DNA of 64,000 nt. It comes from a virus. Its lineage: Duplodnaviria > Caudoviricetes. Under the pieces are notes generated by a model. That model was given only the letters and a program-made list of their open reading frames with translations, ran no database searches and was not told where the DNA came from. The first letter of the stretch is position 1; each line of letters begins with the position of its first letter. Made by a program: the position numbers and the translations under genes. Location of the stretch: the IMG/VR virus record IMGVR_UViG_3300037424_001593, positions 12,964 through 76,963 of that record; one strand, given 5' to 3'. Positions 17,434-27,416 of the stretch are shown here, piece after piece.

Positions 17434-19323
17434 ATGACGCGACGCAAGCGCGGCAAACGCGCACAGCCTTCAAACACGAAGCCCCAAAAGATAGAGCCCA
17501 TGTCACAACCACCGGAAGACGGCAGCCTCGGCGAGTCCACAGCGCCTACGCGCGTTCTTGGGAAAGGCGTCGTCATCGACGAGTTCCCACGCGAAAACAT
17601 CGAAGAGCTTCAACGCAGAGGCATCAAAAAAGTCGTGCTCACGATCCGCAGGCGATCGAACAAAGGCACGTTTCAGGCGCTCGGATATGGCTACGGCGGC
17701 GTGACCGTCGAAGTCGAGGAGCTCCTCAAGATCGATGATTGGATCGCGAAACGTTGCGGCGGTGGCACGTACGGCATCTGGGTACGCGACATCAACGATA
17801 CGACGCGCGAGCACGTGAATCCTTTCCACATCCACATCGAGGGTCCTGCACGTGCGCCCATCGATACGAGCACACCCGTCGCAACACCCGTACCGAGCTC
17901 TGGGGAGTCCACAATGTCGATGCAAGATCCGCGTTTTCAAGAGTACATGCGTCAAATGGCCAACGGTGTATTTGCCACGTACCCGATGGGCGCGCCGATC
18001 CCGGGCGGCATTCCTGCAGAGGTGTTCGCTGCTGAACAGCTTCGCAAGGCTGAGGTCGATCGCGCGAAGGCGGACGCCGATGCAGAAGCGGCACGTGAAC
18101 GCGCGCAAAAGCTCGAGCGCGAGCTCTCAAAGAGCGAGCAGCGCATCACCGAAGTGCGCCACGAGTTCGAGATGAAGATGATGGCGCAGCGCCTCGAGCT
18201 CATGCAGCACCAGCAGACGAATCAAAGCCAAAAGCCGATGCAGACGGCGGAGATGATCGCTGCACTCGCGCCCTTCGTGCCTGTGCTCGTCGCGATGGTG
18301 CAGGGGAGCAAGGAGAGCTCGAGTAAGGCGATCGAGCTCCAGATGAGCGGCATGCAGACGCTCATGAATGCGACGCTGCAGCAAGCGAATAAGCCGGCGC
18401 CCGATCCGCTCGAAGTGCTTACGAAGATCATGCCGCTCGTCGAGCAGCGCAAACAGGACCCGGCCGCACAGGTCGCGCTCCTTGACGCGCTGGCGCAGAA
18501 CCAGCTTCGCAGCGTGAGTATGATGGCTGGGCTCATGGAACAACTCGCAGCCGCGTCTGCGGGCCCCGATGCGCCGCCGATGTGGCAGCAGCTCGTGCAA
18601 CAGGTGATGGGGATGCTCGTCGCCATGGGTCAGGGCTACGTCGCGGACACGACGCCGCGTCTTCCCGCACCTCCGCCGCCGCCGCAGCAGCGTACAATCC
18701 AGGCGCAGCAGCAACAGCCCGCACAGCCTGTGCAACGTGCGCCGCGAACTGGAGCTCTCTCTTCGCTCGACAGCGTGCCGACGGACCCGACGCCTGCGCC
18801 CATCGCGCCCGCTCAGCCGCTTCCGGGTGCGGTCGAGATCCTGCCGCCGCACGTCGTCGCGATGCTTCCGCTCGAGTTCCGCTCTCCGGAGTGGCAGATC
18901 ATCCTGCGCGAGCTCCACATGGGCCGCGAAGTACACGAGCTCGGCGCCATCCTCGCGCGCCACATCGCGCATCTCGAGGACTTCGCGATGCTCCCCGCTG
19001 TGCTCACGGGCTACGCCGATGATCCGATCGTCACGTTCACCGAGCTCCTGCGTCCGCTCCCGGCGTTCAACGCGTCGCCGGAGAGCCGCGCGTACTGTGA
19101 GCGCGTCGTTGTCGCAACCGCTGAGGCGCTCGTCGAGCTTGGTCGTCTGCAAGACAACAGCGCGCCCGAAGAAGAGGACGAAGAAGAGGAAGAGGAAGAA
19201 GGCGAAGACGACGAGGGCGGCGAAGAGACGTTCGAAGACGAACCCGAAGACGCCAGCGAAGACGAGAGTGACGACGCAAGCGAAACCGTGGCCGTTGCCA
19301 GCACGAAAAACGGCGTGCACTGA
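17434..19323 (+). CDS. Large hypothetical protein with coiled coil, Q/M-rich amphipathic helices, Pro-rich linker and acidic tail
   Basis: Composition visible in translation; ends EEEDEEEEEEEGEDD... Confidence 0.75.
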   Translation: MTRRKRGKRAQPSNTKPQKIEPMSQPPEDGSLGESTAPTRVLGKGVVIDEFPRENIEELQRRGIKKVVLTIRRRSNKGTFQALGYGYGGVTVEVEELLKIDDWIAKRCGGGTYGIWVRDINDTTREHVNPFHIHIEGPARAPIDTSTPVATPVPSSGESTMSMQDPRFQEYMRQMANGVFATYPMGAPIPGGIPAEVFAAEQLRKAEVDRAKADADAEAARERAQKLERELSKSEQRITEVRHEFEMKMMAQRLELMQHQQTNQSQKPMQTAEMIAALAPFVPVLVAMVQGSKESSSKAIELQMSGMQTLMNATLQQANKPAPDPLEVLTKIMPLVEQRKQDPAAQVALLDALAQNQLRSVSMMAGLMEQLAAASAGPDAPPMWQQLVQQVMGMLVAMGQGYVADTTPRLPAPPPPPQQRTIQAQQQQPAQPVQRAPRTGALSSLDSVPTDPTPAPIAPAQPLPGAVEILPPHVVAMLPLEFRSPEWQIILRELHMGREVHELGAILARHIAHLEDFAMLPAVLTGYADDPIVTFTELLRPLPAFNASPESRAYCERVVVATAEALVELGRLQDNSAPEEEDEEEEEEEGEDDEGGEETFEDEPEDASEDESDDASETVAVASTKNGVH

Positions 19324-19332
19324 TGTAATAGC

Positions 19333-19374
19333 TTGACGGCATAGACTCGCAGCATGTATAGCTGCGAGTCTATG
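19333..19374 (+). promoter_or_regulatory. Sigma70-like promoter embedded in a perfect 14-bp inverted repeat
   Basis: TTGACG(19333)-N18-TATAGC(19357); CATAGACTCGCAGC/GCTGCGAGTCTATG. Confidence 0.65.
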
Positions 19375-21141
19375 TCTCGGTGGGTACGTACCGGACGCGG
19401 CTGGTGGCGTCTACAGCTCGATCGCTGCGAAGCGAAAGTCCTCGAGCCCCTCGCCGAAGTTCCGGGTATCACGGTTGCTGCACAGCGCGAGGTGCAGAAG
19501 ATCGCCCAGGGTGTGTCCGTCGTGGCGCACCGTACGGCGTTCTTCACCGAAGCGATGCAGACGTTCATCGAGGCGACGGGCATCGAGCCTGATACGCTCA
19601 ACGACGATGCTGTGCTCGAGGAGCTCTGGACGCCCAAACGCCCGCTCCGGACATACCAGGAGGAGGGCGCACGCTGGCTCGTCGCTGGGCGCGGGGGCAT
19701 CCTCGGCGACGCGATGGGCATCGGGAAGAGCTCCCAGGCCGTCGTCGCCGCCAAGACGCTCCAGGAGCACGCACACGGCGCGCCGGTGCTCATCGTAGGG
19801 CCGCAGTTCACACGGGATGTGTGGCGCCGGGAGCTCATCGCGCTCGGGGCGATGACCGAAGACGAAAGCGACGACGGTCGAACGTGGTTCGTATGCAAAG
19901 GTCGAAACCCGGAGCCCGGAACAGACGATGCGATGTTCGGTGCGCGTTTCGTCTTCTGTCACTACGACGTGCTCGAGGCATGGCGGCACATCCTGAGTCG
20001 CCCGCTCCGCATGCAGAAGTTCTGTTGCGCCATCGTAGACGAGCTCCACTGGATCCGAAATCCGCTCAGCAAACGGGGTGCTGCGACGCGCGCCGTAGTG
20101 ACTTTGATACCTCAGCGTATCGGGCTTACCGGCACCATCTTCGTGAACAAGGTCGATGACCTCTGGGCGCTTTTCACAACCATCTGCGGCGAGGGCTCTT
20201 TCGGCACACATTTCGCGTTCAAGAGTCGGTACACGCAGTATGACCGCGGAAAATACGGCTTCGTATCAAAAGGGACACGGTGCGAAGCAGAGCTTCAGGC
20301 GCGGCTCGAGGCCTGCTATTTACGCCGTACACTTGCTGACGTCGGCACGCAAATCCCGCCCTTGACGCGCACGCTCTGGACGTTTGACCCGGGCAACGCG
20401 CCCATGGAGGCCGAGCTCAAGAAGTACGTGGGCAAGGATCGCCGCGTCGCGCTCCAACACCTGCGCGAGCACTTCCGGCGCGGCGCGTTCGGCACGGAGA
20501 CCTTGAAGGTTCTGCACGCATGGCGACACTGGACGTCGCGACAGAAGCTCGAGCTCGTCGCAGAACGCGTCGCCTCGTCTTTTTCTGAGGGTGAGAGCGT
20601 CATCGTGTTCGCGTGGCAGCGCGCGACCGTAGAGCGCCTCGCCGAGCTCATCAGCAAGGCCATCGCGCGCACGGGCGAGGTCAAAAAGAACCAGCTCGAG
20701 ACGCTCAAGCGGATCTTCATCGTGCATGGCGGCTACTCACAGGACGCGCGCGATCAGACCGTGCAGCAGTTTCAGCGCTGCGAAGGGCCCGCGATACTCT
20801 GCTCGACGAACGAGGCGCTCAAGGAGGGCGTCACGCTCACAAAGGCGCGTCTTGGCATCCTCGTTGACCTCGAGTGGATCCCTGCAAGCATGCTGCAGCT
20901 CGAGGCGCGCTGGCATCGCCTCGGGCAGACGCTCCCGTGCGAGTCCATCTGGTGCGTCTGCACGGACAGCGCAGACGAAGTCATCACCGAGCACCTCATG
21001 GATAAAGCGCTCGCAGAAGCGGAAGCACTCAACAATACGACTGCCCAAGATGCATTTGCTCAAGTGGGTCTTGACATGACGACAGAAACGCGAGAAGAAA
21101 CTCTAGCGCAAAGGCTACTCGATAAGTGGGGTGGGCTGTGA
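19372..21141 (+). CDS. SNF2-family helicase/ATPase
   Basis: GDAMGIGKS, IVDELH, GLTGT, EARWHRLGQ. Confidence 0.85.
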   Translation: MSRWVRTGRGWWRLQLDRCEAKVLEPLAEVPGITVAAQREVQKIAQGVSVVAHRTAFFTEAMQTFIEATGIEPDTLNDDAVLEELWTPKRPLRTYQEEGARWLVAGRGGILGDAMGIGKSSQAVVAAKTLQEHAHGAPVLIVGPQFTRDVWRRELIALGAMTEDESDDGRTWFVCKGRNPEPGTDDAMFGARFVFCHYDVLEAWRHILSRPLRMQKFCCAIVDELHWIRNPLSKRGAATRAVVTLIPQRIGLTGTIFVNKVDDLWALFTTICGEGSFGTHFAFKSRYTQYDRGKYGFVSKGTRCEAELQARLEACYLRRTLADVGTQIPPLTRTLWTFDPGNAPMEAELKKYVGKDRRVALQHLREHFRRGAFGTETLKVLHAWRHWTSRQKLELVAERVASSFSEGESVIVFAWQRATVERLAELISKAIARTGEVKKNQLETLKRIFIVHGGYSQDARDQTVQQFQRCEGPAILCSTNEALKEGVTLTKARLGILVDLEWIPASMLQLEARWHRLGQTLPCESIWCVCTDSADEVITEHLMDKALAEAEALNNTTAQDAFAQVGLDMTTETREETLAQRLLDKWGGL

Positions 21142-21929
21142 GTAATGATGTGACGTGGTTCGACGAGCAGAGCGACTTTGCTGGCTTCACGTGGAAGCAG
21201 CTTTCGCGCGACACTTTCGAGGGCAGGCGTCCGGATCGTGCGAGGGGTGTTCTACGTGCGCTCGGGAACCACAAGTACAGCTTCGAGACCATCTACGAAG
21301 ACGGCGAGACAACGTGCACGCGTGCGAGCTCGCTCGAGCAGCTACTCGCTGCGTGGTTCACGCCGGTCGATCTCGCGCACCGGATAGCTGCGTGGGCGCT
21401 CGACGGTATAGCCCCGGATGTTCGACGAGAGCTCCGCGTGCTCGAGCCTTCCGCTGGAGAAGGTAACATCGCACGAGGCCTGCTCGCGGCTGGCGTGCTC
21501 GAGAAGAACCTCACCCTCGTCGAGATCAACCCGACGCGCGCAGCACGGCTCGAGCTCATGTTCCCGTTCGCGCGCGTCATCTGCGCAGACTTCTTGTCGT
21601 TTGTGAAGAGCTACAAAAACCTCGCATGGGATCTCAGCGTCGGGAATCCGCCATACGACGGCGGGCTCGATACCCGACATGTTAGCGCGCTCATGTCGCG
21701 TGTAGATGACGCGGTGCTCCTTTTGCCCTTGCAATCGCTTGCAGGTGGTGCGCGCTACGATGCTGTGTGGTCGCAACTCGTATTGCTCCGACTCGCTGTT
21801 CTCGTGACGCGGCCAAAGCACCCGAGTGGTGATCTCGAGAGTGCATCAAGCGGTAAACGCGACAGCATGGTCGTAGACGTAAGTACGCGCCCCACGGATG
21901 CGGATACGCGCTTGGAGTGGTGGATATGA
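21138..21929 (+). CDS. Orphan amino-DNA methyltransferase (N6A/N4C type) with extra N-terminal domain
   Basis: WFTP, VLEPSAGEG (SAM binding), VGNPPY (catalytic). Confidence 0.8.
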   Translation: MSNDVTWFDEQSDFAGFTWKQLSRDTFEGRRPDRARGVLRALGNHKYSFETIYEDGETTCTRASSLEQLLAAWFTPVDLAHRIAAWALDGIAPDVRRELRVLEPSAGEGNIARGLLAAGVLEKNLTLVEINPTRAARLELMFPFARVICADFLSFVKSYKNLAWDLSVGNPPYDGGLDTRHVSALMSRVDDAVLLLPLQSLAGGARYDAVWSQLVLLRLAVLVTRPKHPSGDLESASSGKRDSMVVDVSTRPTDADTRLEWWI

Positions 21930-22171
21930 CCCCGCGTACAAAGAAGATGCTCGAGCTCGTCGCATCGTTCGAGGAGTACGCCGAGGACTGCATCGCTGAG
22001 GCGTGCCACAAGCTCGACATGGCGCGGAGCATCATCACGTTCTCCGAAGAGTCGGAGCGTATGAAAACCTCGTCTACGCAGATCGCAGAAACGTCACTTC
22101 GTCTTGCCGTGCGGCGAAAGGCTGCGCTACAAGAGCTGCGCGAGTTCATTGTCGACTCCGCGAAAGGTTGA
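21926..22171 (+). CDS. Small helical hypothetical protein
   Basis: Overlapping start/stop, coherent ORF. Confidence 0.55.
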   Translation: MTPRTKKMLELVASFEEYAEDCIAEACHKLDMARSIITFSEESERMKTSSTQIAETSLRLAVRRKAALQELREFIVDSAKG

Positions 22172-22175
22172 TGTG

Positions 22176-22748
22176 ATGCGTTTCTCTAGAACCTATTTCT
22201 TTACGGCGTACGTCGCGGGACTCTTGTTCGCTGCGTTCCTGATGGACCTGTGCAACATTACGTCTGCGCAGGGTCAAGACCATCAAGCATGGCAAGCCGA
22301 CGTCGTATCGCTTGCGCGTCTGTGCGTGAACGAGGCAGGTTGGCCTTCGCCTGAAGGCAGCAACGACTGCGCGGCGATCGGCCGTTACGCACGCGCTCGA
22401 GCGGACAGCAACAACGAAACGGTTGCGGCGTACATCGCGCGCGTTCACTGGCGTCACACATCGCCTACACGACGCACGCGCGTCTGGGTGCGTGGGCTCA
22501 ACGCTGAGCTCACAGAGCCTACCGGTTGGCCCGCAGACCTCGACTGGGCCACATGGGGCCGTGTTCGATGGAATGCTGCGCTCGAAGATGCTGCGCAGAT
22601 CCTTCGGGGTCGGCGCACAGCGTGCACCGAGACGCCGCATACTTGGGGCGGCTACATAGATCGCGAGCGCATCGCGCGCATGCTCGCGAACGGCTACCGT
22701 CAGATCGACTGTGGGTCAACGCGCAACGTTTTCATGAGGAGAGGCTGA
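22176..22748 (+). CDS. SleB/Hydrolase_2-like cell-wall hydrolase with N-terminal anchor
   Basis: LARLCVNEAG...DCAAI resembles LA..I..EA..E of SleB-type enzymes; N-terminal hydrophobic stretch. Confidence 0.55.
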   Translation: MRFSRTYFFTAYVAGLLFAAFLMDLCNITSAQGQDHQAWQADVVSLARLCVNEAGWPSPEGSNDCAAIGRYARARADSNNETVAAYIARVHWRHTSPTRRTRVWVRGLNAELTEPTGWPADLDWATWGRVRWNAALEDAAQILRGRRTACTETPHTWGGYIDRERIARMLANGYRQIDCGSTRNVFMRRG

Positions 22749-23494
22749 TGGATATCATCAAACGCGTAGAGCAGCTCGTCGAGGAAGAGGAACAACTTCG
22801 CGCGCAGCTGGTTGCGCGCTACACGCACTCGGTCGAGCACGCGGATCTGCGGACGTTGCAGATGCTCTCTGCGCTCAACGTGGGGTACGATCCCGAGGCG
22901 CTGCCTCTGCCTGTGCGCCACAGCAAGGGCATCTCCGAGCACGTCGAGGAGATCCTCGCGTGGGCGACGACGAAGGGCTGGGACGACAAACTCTGCGAGA
23001 CAAAAGCGTCGGTCCTCCCTGCGGTCGCAGGGCACGCAGCAACGCATCCGGAGGTGCACTGCGAGCCGACCGGCGTAAACACGGATGCTGTGCTCGCGAA
23101 GCTCGCGCTCGTCGTGAGCGAAATCGCCGAGGGCATCGAGCATGTTCGGCTCGGGCAGTACACGGTCCGCGACGCAGAAATCGTCGTCCCGCCGATGCCC
23201 CCACAGTTCGTGCGCCTTGCGCGGCGCAATCTCACGTTGCGCTTGGACTCTATGTTGCACGGCGACGATGTCGATGACGTGCTCAAGTATTTCGACGCAT
23301 ATTATGACGACGACGGAAACGTCAAGCGGCCAGAACATCCGAAGCCGGACGGTCTCGTCGTCGAGATGGCGGATGCAATTATTCGTCTGTGTCACCTCGC
23401 AGGTGATCTCGGTCTTCCGCTCGAGGAGGCCGTCGAGATGAAGATGGCCTACAACCAAAAACGCTCTTACCGCCATGGCGGAAAGTTAGCCTAA
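22748..23494 (+). CDS. MazG-like nucleotide pyrophosphohydrolase
   Basis: LALVVSEIAEGIE ... EMADAIIRLCHLAG...EEAVEMKMAYNQKRSYRHGGK. Confidence 0.8.
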   Translation: MDIIKRVEQLVEEEEQLRAQLVARYTHSVEHADLRTLQMLSALNVGYDPEALPLPVRHSKGISEHVEEILAWATTKGWDDKLCETKASVLPAVAGHAATHPEVHCEPTGVNTDAVLAKLALVVSEIAEGIEHVRLGQYTVRDAEIVVPPMPPQFVRLARRNLTLRLDSMLHGDDVDDVLKYFDAYYDDDGNVKRPEHPKPDGLVVEMADAIIRLCHLAGDLGLPLEEAVEMKMAYNQKRSYRHGGKLA

Positions 23495-23772
23495 TGGCCA
23501 ACCTCCTCGCAGCGTCGCAGTCGTTCCGTCGTGAAGAAATCGACGCGATACGTGAGCTCTTTCGTCTCGCGCGACGTGGCGGGGACATCAAGCAGATCAT
23601 GCAGTCGCCGCACCTCGTGAACGTCGAGCGGAAGTTTCGCGGCATGCAGGATCGCATCTTCCAAAATATCCGCGTGCACGGCTTGCCTGACGAACCACGA
23701 CGCGGGTCGAAGCTCAAGCTCGTGCCTGCAGTGACGCCCACGTTCGAGATCCCGGAGGAAGACCCGAAATGA
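23494..23772 (+). CDS. Hypothetical protein
   Basis: Coupled start/stop overlaps. Confidence 0.55.
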   Translation: MANLLAASQSFRREEIDAIRELFRLARRGGDIKQIMQSPHLVNVERKFRGMQDRIFQNIRVHGLPDEPRRGSKLKLVPAVTPTFEIPEEDPK

Positions 23773-24635
23773 GCTACAGGGTACAGGTCATCGCCGATTC
23801 GATTGCGCACGGCGTGCGCCTCACGACGCTCGAGGTAGAGTTTCCGCGGTTCATTCTCGCAGAGCTCAACACGCACAGAATGCTCTCGCGCAATAGCGCG
23901 AGCTCGCGTGCGATCCCGACACACAAACGTGTGGAGGCAGTGCTCACGGAGCCATTCGTACCTGCGGTGTGGCTTGCGAACCAAGCAGGCATGCAGGCTG
24001 CAGAGCCTCTCGAACCTTGGGCGCAAGAGGAAGCTACCAAGGCGTGGCTTGAGATCCGCGACGCATGTGTGAAGGGTGCAAAGCGCCTCGCAGAGCTCAA
24101 CGTACACAAGCAGTGGGCGAACCGCCCGCTCGAGCTCCACGGCTGGCATACCGTCGTGATCACCGCCACGGATTGGCGCAACTTCTTTGCGCTGCGCGTG
24201 AGTGAACAAGCGCAGCCGGAGTTCGATGCGATCGCGCGATTGATGCTCGAAACAATGAAGCGCTCGCAGCCTGTCGAGCTACAGTATTACAACTGCGAGT
24301 GGCATCTTCCGTATGTTACTGCGGAAGAGCGAGCCGCGGGCGACGAGCACACTCTCGTGAAGCTTTCAACTGCACGCTGCGCGCGCGTCTCGTACCTGAC
24401 GCACGATGGTGTGCGGGACCCCGCAAAGGACATTGCACTTCACGACAGTTTGCTTCTGAACAGACACATGAGTCCATTCGAGCACCCCGCGCAATGCAGC
24501 GACGCAGAGCCAGCGGAGATGTACCTCAACGACTACTACGGCAACTTTCGGTGGCCGTGGAGACAGTATCGCAAGAGCATCACTGGCGAAGGCGGTGCAC
24601 CCACACCGTTCGACATCCCGGGAGTTGCGCGATGA
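23769..24635 (+). CDS. thyX: Flavin-dependent thymidylate synthase
   Basis: ELNTHRMLSRNSASSR (ThyX motif variant), NFFALR, HMSPFEH. Confidence 0.85.
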   Translation: MSYRVQVIADSIAHGVRLTTLEVEFPRFILAELNTHRMLSRNSASSRAIPTHKRVEAVLTEPFVPAVWLANQAGMQAAEPLEPWAQEEATKAWLEIRDACVKGAKRLAELNVHKQWANRPLELHGWHTVVITATDWRNFFALRVSEQAQPEFDAIARLMLETMKRSQPVELQYYNCEWHLPYVTAEERAAGDEHTLVKLSTARCARVSYLTHDGVRDPAKDIALHDSLLLNRHMSPFEHPAQCSDAEPAEMYLNDYYGNFRWPWRQYRKSITGEGGAPTPFDIPGVAR

Positions 24636-25066
24636 CCGAGCTCGTTAACCATCCGAAACACTACACGTCACATCCTAGCGGTATAGAACCGATAGCGCTT
24701 TGTCGGCATCTGCCATTTTCCATCGGCAACTGCGTCAAGTACCTGTTTCGTGCCCCGTACAAGGGAACACAGAAGCTCGACCTCGCAAAAAGTCTCTGGT
24801 ATTTGGACGACGCGTGGCAGTACGGCAAGGACATCGACCTTGCGCGCGGTCCGGTACGCGAGCTCCATGCACGCATCCTACAGATAGACGATGTACTCAG
24901 CCGGGTGCTCGCTGCATTGACGCGTGAAGCGCCGCTGCACCAGCTTCCACCCGTGCCGAACAGCAGCACAGATGTGGATGACTATTTCGCGCGCCACGAT
25001 GCGTACCTGCGACGCTGTTATCTCGACGCGCGTGCGCATATCGAAGCGGAGCTCCTCAGGCTGTGA
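24632..25066 (+). CDS. DUF3310-family phage protein
   Basis: VNHPKHY...IE.I...GNCVKY..R...KG...DLAK..WYL. Confidence 0.8.
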   Translation: MTELVNHPKHYTSHPSGIEPIALCRHLPFSIGNCVKYLFRAPYKGTQKLDLAKSLWYLDDAWQYGKDIDLARGPVRELHARILQIDDVLSRVLAALTREAPLHQLPPVPNSSTDVDDYFARHDAYLRRCYLDARAHIEAELLRL

Positions 25067-26049
25067 CGATCTCGTATGCCGTCAAAGCGCCGAAAGCGCT
25101 CGTCGATCGTCGCTACCTGCACGAAGTGCTCGGCATCGAGTCTGCGGGCAGCAAGCACGGGAGCACGCGCTGGAAGCGCATGCGGAAATGCGCGCGCGAG
25201 GAGCAGCTCTATACGCTCGGCGTCCGCAAGAAGGCGATCGCCGTCGAGGACCGAGACAGTCTCGACTTCGGCACGCTCTTCCACATGGGGCTCGAGGTCT
25301 ACTACAAGGCGATGCGCGCCGGAAAGACGATGCGCGAGGGCATCGACGCGTGCTGGTACGCGCTCGATGTCATCGCGGAGGAGCCGGGCTACGAAGAGCT
25401 CTTCGCGGACCTCGATCGATCCATCACAAGCTACTTCGAGTTCGCGGAAAACGACAACTGGGAGATCCTCTGCGTCGAGGACACGTTCTCGCGACAGCTC
25501 GTGTACACGCTCGAAGTTCGCGGCGTAAAGCACAAGATCGTCGAGCCCTACAGCGCGCGCCTCGATCTCGTGATTCGGGATCGTGCGACGACGGGCGTGC
25601 GCATCGTCGAGCACAAGACGACGAAGCGCATGACCGACGACTACCTCGTGGGCTACGAAGCGGATATCCAGACGCTCGGGCAGTGCTGGCTTCTCGAGCC
25701 TTCGCTCCCGCTCCTTGGGCGCTGGGACGGCATCAGCGTCAACATCACGACGCGGCCCTCTGCGCGAAAGCCTCCGACGCATCACCGCTCGAACATTCTC
25801 TTTTCGCCGTACCACATCGCCGAGTTCGAAAAGAGCATGGCTGCAGAGGCGATGCTGAACGAGCTCAGGCGGGATCTGCACTACCCGAAGTCGCTCGGCA
25901 ACTGCAACGGAGCCGTGAACTGGTTCAAGCAGTGCAGCTACTTCGATCTCTGCCATCGTGCTGCGTCGTTCAACATTTTGCCGAACATGGTCGATGATGA
26001 TCTGCCATACGGCTATACGATGCGTGCTGACATTCCTCTCGAAGAGTGA
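25063..26049 (+). CDS. PD-(D/E)xK Cas4/RecB-like exonuclease
   Basis: GTLFH..LE, RLDLV, IVEHKT, terminal C...C..C cluster. Confidence 0.8.
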   Translation: MTISYAVKAPKALVDRRYLHEVLGIESAGSKHGSTRWKRMRKCAREEQLYTLGVRKKAIAVEDRDSLDFGTLFHMGLEVYYKAMRAGKTMREGIDACWYALDVIAEEPGYEELFADLDRSITSYFEFAENDNWEILCVEDTFSRQLVYTLEVRGVKHKIVEPYSARLDLVIRDRATTGVRIVEHKTTKRMTDDYLVGYEADIQTLGQCWLLEPSLPLLGRWDGISVNITTRPSARKPPTHHRSNILFSPYHIAEFEKSMAAEAMLNELRRDLHYPKSLGNCNGAVNWFKQCSYFDLCHRAASFNILPNMVDDDLPYGYTMRADIPLEE

Positions 26050-26066
26050 TATCTAGGATCACCGCA

Positions 26067-26822
26067 ATGCTACACATCCAGAACACACGTGAAGTCATGC
26101 AGCCTTGGATTCACTGTCTCTTCTACGGGGACAGCGGATCAGGTAAGACGACGCTCGCTTCGACATTTCCCGACCCGCTGTTCGTCGTGCCTGCACGCGA
26201 GCGCAGCGAGCTCACACTCGCAGGCCAGGACATCCCGTTCGTGCGCGTAGGCATCGACGAGAACGAAAAGCCGCTTCCGCCGATGAAGCACATGCTCACT
26301 GTGCTTCGCGAAATCGAGAAGCGCCATGCAGCTATGGGCGCCGCGGTGATCGCGGGGGACGAAGCAGCAGCTGCGGCGCATTTTCCGTGGCAGACGCTCG
26401 TCTTCGAGTCGCTCTCGCACTACGTGAGCGACATCCAAATCGAAATCTCGGGTGGGCGTCAGATGGATCAACAGGGCTGGGGCAAGCTCTACGACCACAT
26501 GCGTGAGCTCCACATGCGTCTTCGCGCGCTGCAGTGCCATGTCGTCTTCACGTCGCTCGCGAAGGTGGACGGTGAAGGCACCGCAGCAACGGGCGGTCCG
26601 TCGCTCTCCGGGCAGACGGGAAAGCTCTTGCCGAGCGCGTGCGACATCGTCGGGTACTGCGTCGCGCTCGAGCGCAGCAACCAAGACACGAACTACCAGC
26701 TCTACCTGAAGCAGCATCGCGTTTTCCCTGCGCGCTCACGCTTCAAGACGATGCCGAAGTACTGGGAGAACCCGAGCTTCGCGCAGTTCGCGCCTTACAT
26801 CCCTGGTCTCACGCCTGGTTGA
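26067..26822 (+). CDS. AAA_24/Sak4-like RecA-fold recombinase
   Basis: LFYGDSGSGKTTLA, LVFESLS, GWGKL; sits between exonuclease and SSB. Confidence 0.8.
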   Translation: MLHIQNTREVMQPWIHCLFYGDSGSGKTTLASTFPDPLFVVPARERSELTLAGQDIPFVRVGIDENEKPLPPMKHMLTVLREIEKRHAAMGAAVIAGDEAAAAAHFPWQTLVFESLSHYVSDIQIEISGGRQMDQQGWGKLYDHMRELHMRLRALQCHVVFTSLAKVDGEGTAATGGPSLSGQTGKLLPSACDIVGYCVALERSNQDTNYQLYLKQHRVFPARSRFKTMPKYWENPSFAQFAPYIPGLTPG

Positions 26823-26876
26823 CAACAACTGGGGCAGTACGATAAACGATACGAACACACGAGAGGAATAGCGACA

Positions 26877-27416
26877 ATGACGATTCGATACGGCGGCGGA
26901 AGTGGTGATTTCCCGGTCTACGAGCCTGGCACGTACGACCTCGAGATCATGGAAGCCAACCAGAAGACGGCGAAGAGCGGTAATCCGCAGCTCGTCGTGA
27001 AGTTTCAGTTCGTCGGGGGCCGTTACGACGGCAAGACGATCACGGGCTTCTACTCGCTCATGGAGAGCGCGGGCTGGCGCGTGAATCTGCTCACCGATGC
27101 AGCGGGCATCGAGCGCTCGGAGGTCGCACGTACGGCCGACGACGTGCCGGTGTACGAGTTCGAGGAGGGTGATCTCCTCGGCTGCATCATCCGTGCGGAC
27201 ATCACGGTCAGCACGTACGAGGGCAAGGAGCGCAACAACATCAACAAGGAGCAGCCGGCGCCGAGCTCGGTCGATCAGGCGACCAAGCCGAAGACCGATG
27301 CAGCACCCGCAGCTCCGGCGAGCGCACCGGCTGCAGCAGCGCAGGCGGCACCCGAGGCAGCGCCCGCGCAGGCGGGTCGCTTCTCTCGTCCGGCTCGACG
27401 CGCGGCGGGGGCCTGA
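26877..27416 (+). CDS. DUF669-like single-stranded DNA-binding protein
   Basis: PGTYDLEI.......KSGNPQL..KF; Ala/Pro-rich tail. Confidence 0.75.
   Translation: MTIRYGGGSGDFPVYEPGTYDLEIMEANQKTAKSGNPQLVVKFQFVGGRYDGKTITGFYSLMESAGWRVNLLTDAAGIERSEVARTADDVPVYEFEEGDLLGCIIRADITVSTYEGKERNNINKEQPAPSSVDQATKPKTDAAPAAPASAPAAAAQAAPEAAPAQAGRFSRPARRAAGA

Noticed and set aside
25063-26049. CRISPR-associated Cas4
   Set aside because: Context is the standard phage exonuclease-Sak4-SSB recombination module; no other cas genes.
26067-26822. Genome-packaging ATPase
   Set aside because: Motifs and context fit AAA_24/Sak4, and the 13806 P-loop protein fits DUF3987. No FtsK/HerA/A32 or terminase was recognised in the window.
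26819-26848. Sigma70 promoter TTGACA before SSB
   Set aside because: Best -10 (TACGAT) is only 13 nt away; spacing is poor.
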